Virus record (IMG/VR): IMGVR_UViG_3300045988_100207
Length of the DNA: 64,000 nt
Source: a virus
Strand: one strand, 5' to 3'
The position numbers and the translations under genes are program-made. The notes under the pieces are model-generated. The model had not been told where the DNA came from. It searched no databases and worked only from the letters and a program-made list of their open reading frames with translations. Shown one piece after another: positions 43,552 through 50,928 of the stretch (its first letter is position 1; each line of letters opens with the position of its first letter).

Positions 43552-43648
43552 CGTGTGACGCCGACCTAGGGATTTCGTGATTTATATTGAACCTATTGAA
43601 TACAGGTTGAATATCGAAGTCTTATATCAATCGTCACATTGACGAGTG

Positions 43649-43680
43649 CAAAAGTAAGAAAAGTATTTGAAACCGCCAAA
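43649..43680 (-). promoter_or_regulatory. minus-strand promoter (-7 and -33 both present)
   Basis: CAAAAGTA (43649-43656) and CAAA (43677-43680), spaced 20 nt apart. These are reverse complements of TAnnTTTG and TTTG. Confidence 0.6.
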
Positions 43681-43720
43681 TTTCAATTTTTGCAAAATAT
43701 AGTTAAAAAGTAATGAAAAA

Positions 43721-43752
43721 TTTGTGTTATAAAAATGTTATCACTATCTTTG
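43721..43752 (+). promoter_or_regulatory. plus-strand promoter upstream of the integrase
   Basis: TTTG at 43721-43724 and TATCTTTG at 43745-43752, spaced 20 nt apart. Confidence 0.55.
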
Positions 43753-43955
43753 CACCCGAAAGATAAGTGGCTGATATAGACAGTTTTGTGAGAAATTGGT
43801 TGTGACCCCAACGGAATCACTTTTTAGGCGTAAAAACGCAACGTTTAGTCAAGAAAAAATCAAATAAGCAGTCTATATAACGTATTGAATAACAGATACT
43901 TATATAGATTGCTTTTTGTTTTTTAAAGAGATATGTCATAAAGATTGATTTTATA

Positions 43956-43977
43956 AACTGGTTTAAAACTGGTTTAA
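43956..43977 (+). repeat. perfect tandem 11-mer AACTGGTTTAA x2
   Basis: Read directly from the sequence, in the integrase leader. Confidence 0.8.
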
Positions 43978-44047
43978 ACGCATTATGGTTGTAACTATTT
44001 GAATAACAACGGTTTATATTATTCACGCAAATTGTTGAATCGGAAGG

Positions 44048-44090
44048 TGTGTTATCAATGTGTTATCACCTTGTAAAAAATGTGTTATCA
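44048..44090 (+). repeat. TGTGTTATCA x3 direct repeats at 11- and 22-bp spacing
   Basis: Copies at 44048-44057, 44059-44068 and 44081-44090, immediately upstream of ATG 44093. Confidence 0.8.
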
Positions 44091-44092
44091 AA

Positions 44093-45226
44093 ATGGCAAA
44101 AATTAATTTAAGTATTATTCACAATCGTTTGAAGCGAGCGACCTCAAAACATGAAGTTTCGGTAGAATTATGCTTTTGTGCCAAGCGTCAAAGGAAGTAC
44201 TTTTCCACAGGCGTAAAAGTGACAACTACACAATGGTCTGATGCGTCAAAGATGGTTATCAAGAGAAAAGATGCGGATGAACTGAATGAAATCATACAGG
44301 CATACCGCGCGAGAGCAAACGAAATCATCAGTAAGATGGTTAAGGAAGGCTGTTGTGACTTAAATGTGGTTATCTCACAGATGAATGGAGAAGACGAAGG
44401 AACTTCTTTTATCGAGTACTGCGAGAGAAGACGAAATGAGCGTAAGGTGTGCGAGCATACCAAGAAACGCTACGATGTCTTTATCAAATTCCTAAAAACA
44501 TGGGGAAAGATAAAGTCGTTCCAAGACTGCAATGTATCGAAGGTGCGTTCAATGGATGAGTATCTCCACAGACAGGATAAGGCTCAATGCACAATCTATG
44601 ACTATCACAAGTATCTCAAGTTGTTCATCAATGATGCGATGATAGACGGACTTATTGAGCAGAATCCTTATAAGTTTCTGCCATTCCATATTGGTAAGGG
44701 AGAAAAGCAGTATGTTGATTGTGTCACCGAAGAGCAGTTTGCTGCCATCAAGAAACTGAAACTCTCAACACCTCATATTCTCCATGCAAGAGATTTGTTC
44801 CTCTTCCAATGCTATACCGGACTTGCATACTCTGACCTTGCATCGTTCGATTATACTAACTGCGAGGAGATTGGCGGCAAGATGTTCTATCACGCTAAGA
44901 GAACGAAAACAGATACGGATTTCGTATTCCAACTTCTCAAACCTGCCCTGGAGATACTACAGAAGTATGACTTCAAGCTGCCTAGAATGACGAATCAGAA
45001 GTATAATGATTATCTGAAGGCGATCGGGCAGATGGTTGGCGTTGACAGGCTGCATACCCACATGGGTAGAGCGACTGCGGCAACCTTATTCCTGTCTAAG
45101 GGAATGCCTATCAACATTGTGGCAAGGGTGCTTGGGCACACTACCTTGCGCCAGACTACTAGATACGCACGTACATTAAATAAGGATGTACAATCTGCTT
45201 TCGATGCTCTCGAAGGAAAGATGTAA
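44093..45226 (+). CDS. int: tyrosine recombinase / phage integrase
   Basis: C-terminal catalytic pattern ...HARDLFLFQCYTGLAYSDL...HMGRATAATLFL...ARVLGHTTLRQTTRYAR. The track start at 44060 is GTG, so ATG 44093 is preferred. Confidence 0.9.
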   Translation: MAKINLSIIHNRLKRATSKHEVSVELCFCAKRQRKYFSTGVKVTTTQWSDASKMVIKRKDADELNEIIQAYRARANEIISKMVKEGCCDLNVVISQMNGEDEGTSFIEYCERRRNERKVCEHTKKRYDVFIKFLKTWGKIKSFQDCNVSKVRSMDEYLHRQDKAQCTIYDYHKYLKLFINDAMIDGLIEQNPYKFLPFHIGKGEKQYVDCVTEEQFAAIKKLKLSTPHILHARDLFLFQCYTGLAYSDLASFDYTNCEEIGGKMFYHAKRTKTDTDFVFQLLKPALEILQKYDFKLPRMTNQKYNDYLKAIGQMVGVDRLHTHMGRATAATLFLSKGMPINIVARVLGHTTLRQTTRYARTLNKDVQSAFDALEGKM

Positions 45227-45233
45227 TATAACA

Positions 45234-45262
45234 AGGGGAGTCTTCGCAAAGAAGGCTCCCCT
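45234..45262. terminator. hairpin between the convergent int and repressor genes
   Basis: AGGGGAG-...-CTCCCCT with the inner stem CTTC/GAAG. Confidence 0.5.
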
Positions 45263-45270
45263 TTATTGTA

Positions 45271-45633
45271 TCAGCCGACAAGGCTTTTGTCTCTTTCAGC
45301 AATCTTCTCGCTGATGATTTGCTTTAACTCCTTAACCACTCCTTCCTGTACTAGCAACTTTACTTTTGTTTCTGCTAGTTCTTTCAGCAGTTTTTCGTCC
45401 GTCTGCTTGTCTGCATCGTAAAACATACTGCCTCTGCCACAAAGTAGCCAATCTGCTGATATGTCTACGTATGTAGTCAGTATTCTGTCTATAAACTCCA
45501 TTGAAGGCTCCTTTGTGCCGTTCAAATAATTGTTCGTAGCAGCAGGTTTTGCCCCGATAGCGTCAGCAAACCCTCTGTTAGTCAGCCTGTAATGGTCTCT
45601 TACCTCGTTGATTCTATCTCTTAATCCTTCCAT
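45271..45633 (-). CDS. CI-type phage repressor (HTH)
   Basis: LTNRGFADAIGAKPAATNNYLNG...ADWLLCGRGSMFYD, the hallmark of the Bacteroidetes CI-repressor HTH family. Confidence 0.75.
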   Translation of the reverse strand: MEGLRDRINEVRDHYRLTNRGFADAIGAKPAATNNYLNGTKEPSMEFIDRILTTYVDISADWLLCGRGSMFYDADKQTDEKLLKELAETKVKLLVQEGVVKELKQIISEKIAERDKSLVG

Positions 45634-45716
45634 ACTGCTAGTGTTTATATTTATGTAAATACGTAAATTAACTATAAATTAATGCCTATATCCTTGGATA
45701 TTTGTCTACAAATATG

Positions 45717-45724
45717 TATCTTTG
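45717..45724 (+). promoter_or_regulatory. -7 box TATCTTTG
   Basis: Matches TAnnTTTG and diverges from the CI-like gene. No well-spaced -33 element. Confidence 0.45.
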
Positions 45725-45788
45725 CATCCGTAAACGAGAACAAAACTCGTTCAAAACTTATTTATGGTGCAAATTTACAAAAAATAAT

Positions 45789-45995
45789 ATGAATAAAGTC
45801 GTAAAAATAGAAAAAATATTGATTGATAAAGATAAAATTCCTAAAATCATGAAAATTTTTGGTTGTGGCAAGACTACTGTCTACAATGCTCTTGCTTACC
45901 GGAGTAATAGCCAACAGGCTCAGGACATTCGTTCCTGTGCTCTGAATCGCTACGGAGCAGAGCCTGTTAAGGTGCCACAACTAGTGAGTGTGTAA
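45789..45995 (+). CDS. small HTH protein (Cro/excisionase-like, 68 aa)
   Basis: IMKIFGCGKTTVYNALAYRSN. ATG 45789 is preferred because the TTG at 45702 lies upstream of the -7 box. Confidence 0.55.
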   Translation: MNKVVKIEKILIDKDKIPKIMKIFGCGKTTVYNALAYRSNSQQAQDIRSCALNRYGAEPVKVPQLVSV

Positions 45996-46162
45996 ATGTG
46001 TGAAATATTTGGCTGTTGAACTTTTAGATTAGTTATTCAGACAAAATGCGTTTTAAATTGGATATGCGTGAGCATAGAGTTAAACGATTGCTTAAGAAAG
46101 GTTCTTTTTCTTATTTGTAAACTATCAATTCACTCTTGTGCGTGAGCATAGGAGTGATACAT

Positions 46163-46233
46163 GGGAATCGAGCTAGCTCACTCGGAGTGAGCGGGGAAAC
46201 CCGAGCAAAGGCGTTCAACTCGCCTCGAATCCC
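46163..46233 (+). ncRNA. tRNA-like element A (71 nt) with the anticodon arm replaced by a GAAA-capped mini-helix
   Basis: Acceptor-like stem 46163-46170/46226-46233 (one A.A mismatch). D-arm GCTC-ACTCGGAGT-GAGC. GGG-GAAA-CCC mini-helix. T-arm AGGCG-TTCAACT-CGCCT. Confidence 0.5.
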
Positions 46234-46589
46234 CAAAATAGTTTTGGATATTGTTATTATAATGTTTCTTGAAATCGTTAGGTGTGGAGCGGTATAGACC
46301 CAGTGGCAATATAAGTTGTTTGCGTTGAATTCATGCGCCACGAACCAGAAGGAAATGTTGTGGTCGAGCATTCTACCAGCACCTTTCGTTTTATACCTTA
46401 ATTATATATAGCAGTTTCCGGAACAATCCCATTGCCCTTTTTGGACATAAGTTCTTTGACATATTGGAAAAGTGTAAAGTCGAATAGTGTTAAGTCATTA
46501 TAAGGGAATCCCCGAGCATCAGTCTTTATGACTGACAGCTAAAGCGGTGAGCATGGCTCTTAAATTCATGGTAGCGCATGATGCCGTTA

Positions 46590-46692
46590 TCCACCGATAG
46601 TGTAACTGGTAGCACGCCCGAAACTGTTTTGTGTAAATCCTTAATGCATTCTTATCAAATCGGGAAGTTGGGTCCGAATCCTACAGGTGGAC
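46590..46692 (+). ncRNA. tRNA-like element B (103 nt) with a 38-nt insert in place of the anticodon loop
   Basis: Acceptor TCCACC/GGTGGA. D-arm GTGT-AACTGGTA-GCAC. Stem CCCGA/TCGGG encloses 38 nt. T-arm GGG-TCCGAAT-CC. Confidence 0.45.
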
Positions 46693-46770
46693 TATTATGT
46701 ATTTGTTTGTTGTGTATGATTATTCGCTGCAGCGGCAGCAAACATTGTTTAAAAAAAATTTTGATTCTTT

Positions 46771-46801
46771 CCTGCTCGTCCGTGAGGATGGGCAGGTTTT
46801 T
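46771..46801 (+). terminator. intrinsic terminator, copy 1 of a duplicated element
   Basis: CCTGCTCGTCC-GTGA-GGATGGGCAGG (11-bp stem, GNRA loop) followed by TTTTT. Confidence 0.8.
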
Positions 46802-46825
46802 CTTAAACTTCAAAATCAATGGCTT

Positions 46826-47104
46826 ATGATAGATTTATCCGAACCTACTCTCCACAAGTACCGGAGAAAGGTTCTCGAAATATACAGAGAACTCGAAAGA
46901 AACCCTTGGGCACCCTTGGGAATCTTCGAGTCAAAACTGAGGAAAATAAATATCCTCAACTCTAAGATTAAAAATGTGTCCTCAGACATCGGAAAGCCCG
47001 AGGGCGAGTATTCAAACTTTACAAATGATAATTACGTGCAATATGGGTTTAAAAAGGAAAACTCCTCTCAAGAGGACACCTATAAAGAAGACTCCTTGGG
47101 ATAA
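46826..47104 (+). CDS. possible hypothetical protein (92 aa)
   Basis: Internal Met of track ORF 46697..47104, downstream of the terminator. Overlaps the NinG-like start. Confidence 0.3.
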   Translation: MIDLSEPTLHKYRRKVLEIYRELERNPWAPLGIFESKLRKINILNSKIKNVSSDIGKPEGEYSNFTNDNYVQYGFKKENSSQEDTYKEDSLG

Positions 47105-47546
47105 AGCCAAGAAGGAACAGGAAAAGAAGAAGGCGAAAGCCGGACTTAGCAAAAGTAAGCTGAGAGACAAACTCGATGCAGTCTTTTCCAAATATATTCG
47201 ACTGAAATATTCTGATGATAAAGGTTATTGCCGATGTATCAGTTGCGGCAAGGTTTTCCCTTGGAAGGAAATTCAGAACGGTCATTACATGTCGAGACGT
47301 TACATGTCAACCCGATTCAGCGAAGATAACTGCCGGCCACAATGCGTGGCTTGCAATATTTTCAATCAAGGTAATATTCAGATGTATCGCCGTGCGCTTA
47401 TCAAGCAGATTGGCGAACAGAGGGTTGATTTGATAGAGGTTAGGGCAAGAACTGAAAACAAGAACTGGTCACTCTTCGAGTATAATCAGTTGATAGCCTT
47501 TTATCAGAAGGAAGTAGACAAACTTTTAGAACAGAAACATTTATAA
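47043..47546 (+). CDS. NinG/Rap-like recombination endonuclease
   Basis: KRTPLKRTPIKK...CRCISCGKVFPWKEIQNGHYMSRR...NCRPQCVACNIFNQGN. Confidence 0.65.
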   Translation: MGLKRKTPLKRTPIKKTPWDKAKKEQEKKKAKAGLSKSKLRDKLDAVFSKYIRLKYSDDKGYCRCISCGKVFPWKEIQNGHYMSRRYMSTRFSEDNCRPQCVACNIFNQGNIQMYRRALIKQIGEQRVDLIEVRARTENKNWSLFEYNQLIAFYQKEVDKLLEQKHL

Positions 47547-47557
47547 GAATAGATTAT

Positions 47558-48082
47558 ATGAGTAAATCAGGTACAAAAATCAATGTAGAATTGGTAACAC
47601 AAGGGTGTTTCCCAACGAAGTCGTATGAGACGGATGCCGCTTACGACCTTCATTGCAGCAAGGACACAGAAGTATCTCCAAACAAACGCTTTTACGTTCC
47701 GCTCGGGTTTAAGATACAACTTCCTTCAAATATGAAAATGCTGATTCAGCCACGTAGTGGCATGTCGGGCAAAGGAATGTTGTTAGATGTTTATTTCCAT
47801 TCATGGCTCTTTCATGGCGACTATCTAGGCAAGGTTAGAGCAAACCTTGATGTAATTCTTGGTTTGATTGATTGCGGCTATGGCGAAGAAGTCCATGCCA
47901 TCGTCAAGTCGGGCAGATGGAGGTTAAAGCATCGCATCATGCGTCTGCTCGGTTTCAAGTTCGTTATTCCTTATTCCCAACGCATCTGCCAGGGTGCCTT
48001 CACTTACGTTCCAGATACTAACTTGGAACTTGGCAAGGTAACCGGCACTCGTAGTGGTTTAGGATCAACAGATAAGAATTAG
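47558..48082 (+). CDS. dut: trimeric dUTPase with extra insertions
   Basis: Five motifs in order: AAYDLHC, QPRSGMS, GLIDCGYGEE, QRICQG, GTRSGLGSTD. Confidence 0.8.
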   Translation: MSKSGTKINVELVTQGCFPTKSYETDAAYDLHCSKDTEVSPNKRFYVPLGFKIQLPSNMKMLIQPRSGMSGKGMLLDVYFHSWLFHGDYLGKVRANLDVILGLIDCGYGEEVHAIVKSGRWRLKHRIMRLLGFKFVIPYSQRICQGAFTYVPDTNLELGKVTGTRSGLGSTDKN

Positions 48083-48120
48083 TTTTTAGCGTTATTTTTC
48101 ATAAATTTGAATTTATTTTC

Positions 48121-48151
48121 CCTGCTCGTCCGTGAGGATAGGCAGGTTTTT
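48121..48151 (+). terminator. intrinsic terminator, copy 2 of the duplicated element
   Basis: CCTGCTCGTCC-GTGA-GGATAGGCAGG followed by TTTTT. Differs from copy 1 by one stem position (G.U becomes A-U). Confidence 0.8.
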
Positions 48152-48164
48152 AAAAAACGAAATC

Positions 48165-48479
48165 ATGAAAAAGAATATCAGACAGAATTTCTTCAATCAT
48201 ATCAAGAAGGTACTTGATATAGTTGACAAGATGGGGGATGAGGCAAAGCATTTTCGATGCATCGTCCTCATGGGTGACAGAACCATTCCGAAGGCATACG
48301 CATTCATGCACGCATCGCCCGAAGACCTCAAAAATCTTATCTTGAACGCCATGCGTAATAGCGACCAGTTCACCTACGCTACAGCAAGGGCATTCGAGGA
48401 ATACGATAAGGAACTGAGAGAAAAAGAAGAAACTTTAAACAAAGATAAAAATGAAGAAAATCCTATTCAAGACACTTAA
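48165..48479 (+). CDS. hypothetical protein (104 aa)
   Basis: ATG MKKNIRQNFF downstream of the terminator. The track start at 48132 lies inside the hairpin. Confidence 0.6.
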   Translation: MKKNIRQNFFNHIKKVLDIVDKMGDEAKHFRCIVLMGDRTIPKAYAFMHASPEDLKNLILNAMRNSDQFTYATARAFEEYDKELREKEETLNKDKNEENPIQDT

Positions 48480-50451
48480 ACTGCGAAATTTCTGTGGCAT
48501 CCGTGCCGGAGTCTTCGATTTTGGAGAAGACCTAACCGTTATCTCGGGAGACAACGGAAGAGGCAAGAGCACTATCGGCAATGCCATCATGTACACATTA
48601 TTCGGTACTGATACCAACGGCATGCAGCTCGACATCAAAACCTTCGATGAGAATCACAATATTATCAAGGAGATAGAGCATTCATCCGAGTTGGTTATGT
48701 TGGTAGATGGTGATGAAATATCGTTCAAGCGAGTTCTGACCGATAAGTGGAAAGGTGATAAATGCACCAACACCTTCAAGTACTATGTTGATGGAGAATT
48801 GACTACCGCCGGAGATTTCAGCAACGTAGTTGACGGAATCTTCCAAGAAGACCCATTTGCGTGGTGCATCTGTCCTAATCTGTTCCTTGATATGGCTTGG
48901 CAGAATCAGCGTGCATTCCTTCAGTCGTTGGCAGGTGATATTTCTGCCGAAGACATCACGAAGGGCGAAGAAAAGTATGATTATCTTGTTGAACTTCTCA
49001 AACAGAAAGATATTGATGCCATCCTTCACCACCTTAAGCATAAGCGTACAGAAGTTCAGAAGGAACTCGATGCGGTCCCTATCAGACTTGCCGAACTCGA
49101 CAAGACCCTTCCACCAAAGCAGGATTGGGAGGCCATGGAGAAAGAAAAGGCTGAGCTGAAAGAAAAACTGGTGGAGATAGACAACAAGATTCAGCAGATT
49201 CGCACCGGTGGTGCAGACAGAGTTCGCCTTGACGCAATCAGAAAAAAGATTGAATTTGCCGAAAAGCGCAAGCGAATGATGGAGCAGGGCGCAGACAAGG
49301 AGTCTACCGATAACATGACCAAGCATCAAAGCGATGTTCTCAACGCCAACGCAGCCTTCAATAAGGCAGAATCTACGGTTAATAACCTCAAAGCCGTCAT
49401 GAGTGGCTATCCTACCACCGAGGTTCAGATAAACGCTCAGATTGAAGAGTGCAAGAATAAGGTTAGCGACTTAAACAAACGTAGCGATGAGATTGCCAAG
49501 CGCACTTGGGAATGGGATGATAAGGAAGGTTTCTGTCCTCATTGCGGTCAGGCTCTCCCTCTCGGTGAAGTTCAGCTCCTCAAACAGGAATCTCAGAACC
49601 GGTTCAACTCTCGCAAGGCAGAGGATATGAAGGAACTCAACAATGAGTTTGCCAAACTCCAAAGCGCATACACCGAACTAAACAAAGAGTTGGATAAACT
49701 GAATGATGATCGTCAGACCACCACAAACCAACTCGTCAAGGCTCATCAGGCGCTCAAAGATGCCGAAAAGCATAAGGCAGAAGTTGATGCAGATGTTCCA
49801 CGCACCTACGGGCAGATTCTTGCCTCTAAGGTGGAATATCAGCAGGTAGTGAATGAGATTGGTGAGTTGCAGGCAGAACTCGACAAACCATCAGATAACA
49901 ACGAGGATAGCGACAAGTTACTTCAAGCACTCGCTGAAGAGCGAAAGCCGCTCGCTGACAGATACGATGAAGTCCTCGAACTCCTCGCCTCAAAAGCATC
50001 TTACGACAACACAATGGCTCATATCGAAGCAGCGCAGAAGGATAAAGCCATCTTCCAGGAGCAGCTTGATGATATTGATGATAAACTCAACATCACCAAT
50101 GAGTTCTATCAGTTGTCTTGCAAGGCTCTCGAAGATAAGGTCAATCAGCACTTCCGTTTCGTAAAATGGAGTCTGTTCCTTCCAAAACTCGATGGTGAGA
50201 AGAAACCTTATTGCGAATGTTATCATAATGGTGTGCCTTACAGCCGCCTCAATGGTGCTGCCAAGGTGAATGCCGGAATCGACATCGCGCGCACTATCGG
50301 TCAGTTCTATGATGTATCGGTTCCTGTCGTGCTCGATGAATGCGAAAGTGTTAACCATCCGCTCAGCACAGGCGGTCAGCAAATCCGTCTGGTAGTATCG
50401 AAGGATGATAAACTAAAGGTTGAGTATTTCGCTCTGGCAACAATGGATTGA
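48451..50451 (+). CDS. Rad50/SbcC-like recombination ATPase (666 aa)
   Basis: P-loop SGDNGRGKST, long coiled coil with a CPHCGQ zinc-hook-like CxxC, and C-terminal VPVVLDECES (Walker B). Confidence 0.8.
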   Translation: MKKILFKTLKLRNFCGIRAGVFDFGEDLTVISGDNGRGKSTIGNAIMYTLFGTDTNGMQLDIKTFDENHNIIKEIEHSSELVMLVDGDEISFKRVLTDKWKGDKCTNTFKYYVDGELTTAGDFSNVVDGIFQEDPFAWCICPNLFLDMAWQNQRAFLQSLAGDISAEDITKGEEKYDYLVELLKQKDIDAILHHLKHKRTEVQKELDAVPIRLAELDKTLPPKQDWEAMEKEKAELKEKLVEIDNKIQQIRTGGADRVRLDAIRKKIEFAEKRKRMMEQGADKESTDNMTKHQSDVLNANAAFNKAESTVNNLKAVMSGYPTTEVQINAQIEECKNKVSDLNKRSDEIAKRTWEWDDKEGFCPHCGQALPLGEVQLLKQESQNRFNSRKAEDMKELNNEFAKLQSAYTELNKELDKLNDDRQTTTNQLVKAHQALKDAEKHKAEVDADVPRTYGQILASKVEYQQVVNEIGELQAELDKPSDNNEDSDKLLQALAEERKPLADRYDEVLELLASKASYDNTMAHIEAAQKDKAIFQEQLDDIDDKLNITNEFYQLSCKALEDKVNQHFRFVKWSLFLPKLDGEKKPYCECYHNGVPYSRLNGAAKVNAGIDIARTIGQFYDVSVPVVLDECESVNHPLSTGGQQIRLVVSKDDKLKVEYFALATMD

Positions 50452-50669
50452 AACGCATCATGCAAATCAAGACTAAGTTCGATATAGGTGATGCAGTCTA
50501 TCTGCTCGATGGGTACAAAATCCGACGTGCAAACATCGTGGGCGTATTCTTTCAGCAGATAGGCGAGGCACCTTGCTCTATTCAGTATAAGTTCGCAGTC
50601 TTCCCTACAAGGAAAGAAAGCGAAGTGTTTAAAACAAAAGAAGAATTAATCAAACATATAAGTAAATAA
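50448..50669 (+). CDS. hypothetical protein (73 aa)
   Basis: ATGA overlap with the previous gene. Contains the motif DIGDAVYLLDGYKI...VFKTKEELIKHI. Confidence 0.55.
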   Translation: MKRIMQIKTKFDIGDAVYLLDGYKIRRANIVGVFFQQIGEAPCSIQYKFAVFPTRKESEVFKTKEELIKHISK

Positions 50670-50674
50670 AAATC

Positions 50675-50926
50675 ATGGCAGAAACTTTAAAATTAGAAAT
50701 GTTGGTTGACAAAGACCTTATTAAAGGTACTCTAGCGTTAGGAGGAGGCATGAAGGACGGAACGGATTCGGACCGAATAAAGAAGTGGTTAGATAACCAC
50801 GATAGCGTAGAGGTTGATCCAAAAGAACTTTTTCCGGAAAGTGGTGAAATTAACCTTGCTTTGGGAACAATAGCCTTGGCAGGTATCGCAAAGGAATTAA
50901 TCAATCATAAAGAAGAGGAGAAGTAA
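50675..50926 (+). CDS. hypothetical protein (83 aa)
   Basis: ATG ORF. Confidence 0.55.
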   Translation: MAETLKLEMLVDKDLIKGTLALGGGMKDGTDSDRIKKWLDNHDSVEVDPKELFPESGEINLALGTIALAGIAKELINHKEEEK

Positions 50927-50928
50927 TC

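Larger units (their letters stand above)
45996..46802 (+). ncRNA. coding-poor, highly structured locus ending in a strong terminator (candidate large ncRNA, processed RNAs, or decayed tRNA array)
   Basis: No convincing ORF. Contains two tRNA-like cloverleaves, GNRA-capped helices, a GAGCAT box x4, and a terminator at 46771-46801. Confidence 0.5.

Noticed and set aside
43250-43620. A tRNA, tmRNA or attP-borne tRNA fragment near the integrase (GCCGAGTGG at 43484-43492 resembles a class II tRNA D-loop).
   Set aside because: No cloverleaf, T-arm or acceptor pairing can be built around it. It is kept only as part of the structured leader.
45996-46802. A group I intron or tmRNA/RNase P identity for the structured locus (the GTTCAAC string resembles the group I R element).
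   Set aside because: There are no split flanking exons, no P/Q/S-like partners and no tmRNA tag or 3' CCA-type end that I could find. GTTCAAC is explained by a T-arm.
46111-46829. ORFs 46111..46371 (-), 46578..46829 (+) and the first 43 codons of 46697..47104 (+).
   Set aside because: They overlap the tRNA-like structures and contain the intrinsic terminator hairpin, and I see no coding-like features. The region is better explained as RNA.
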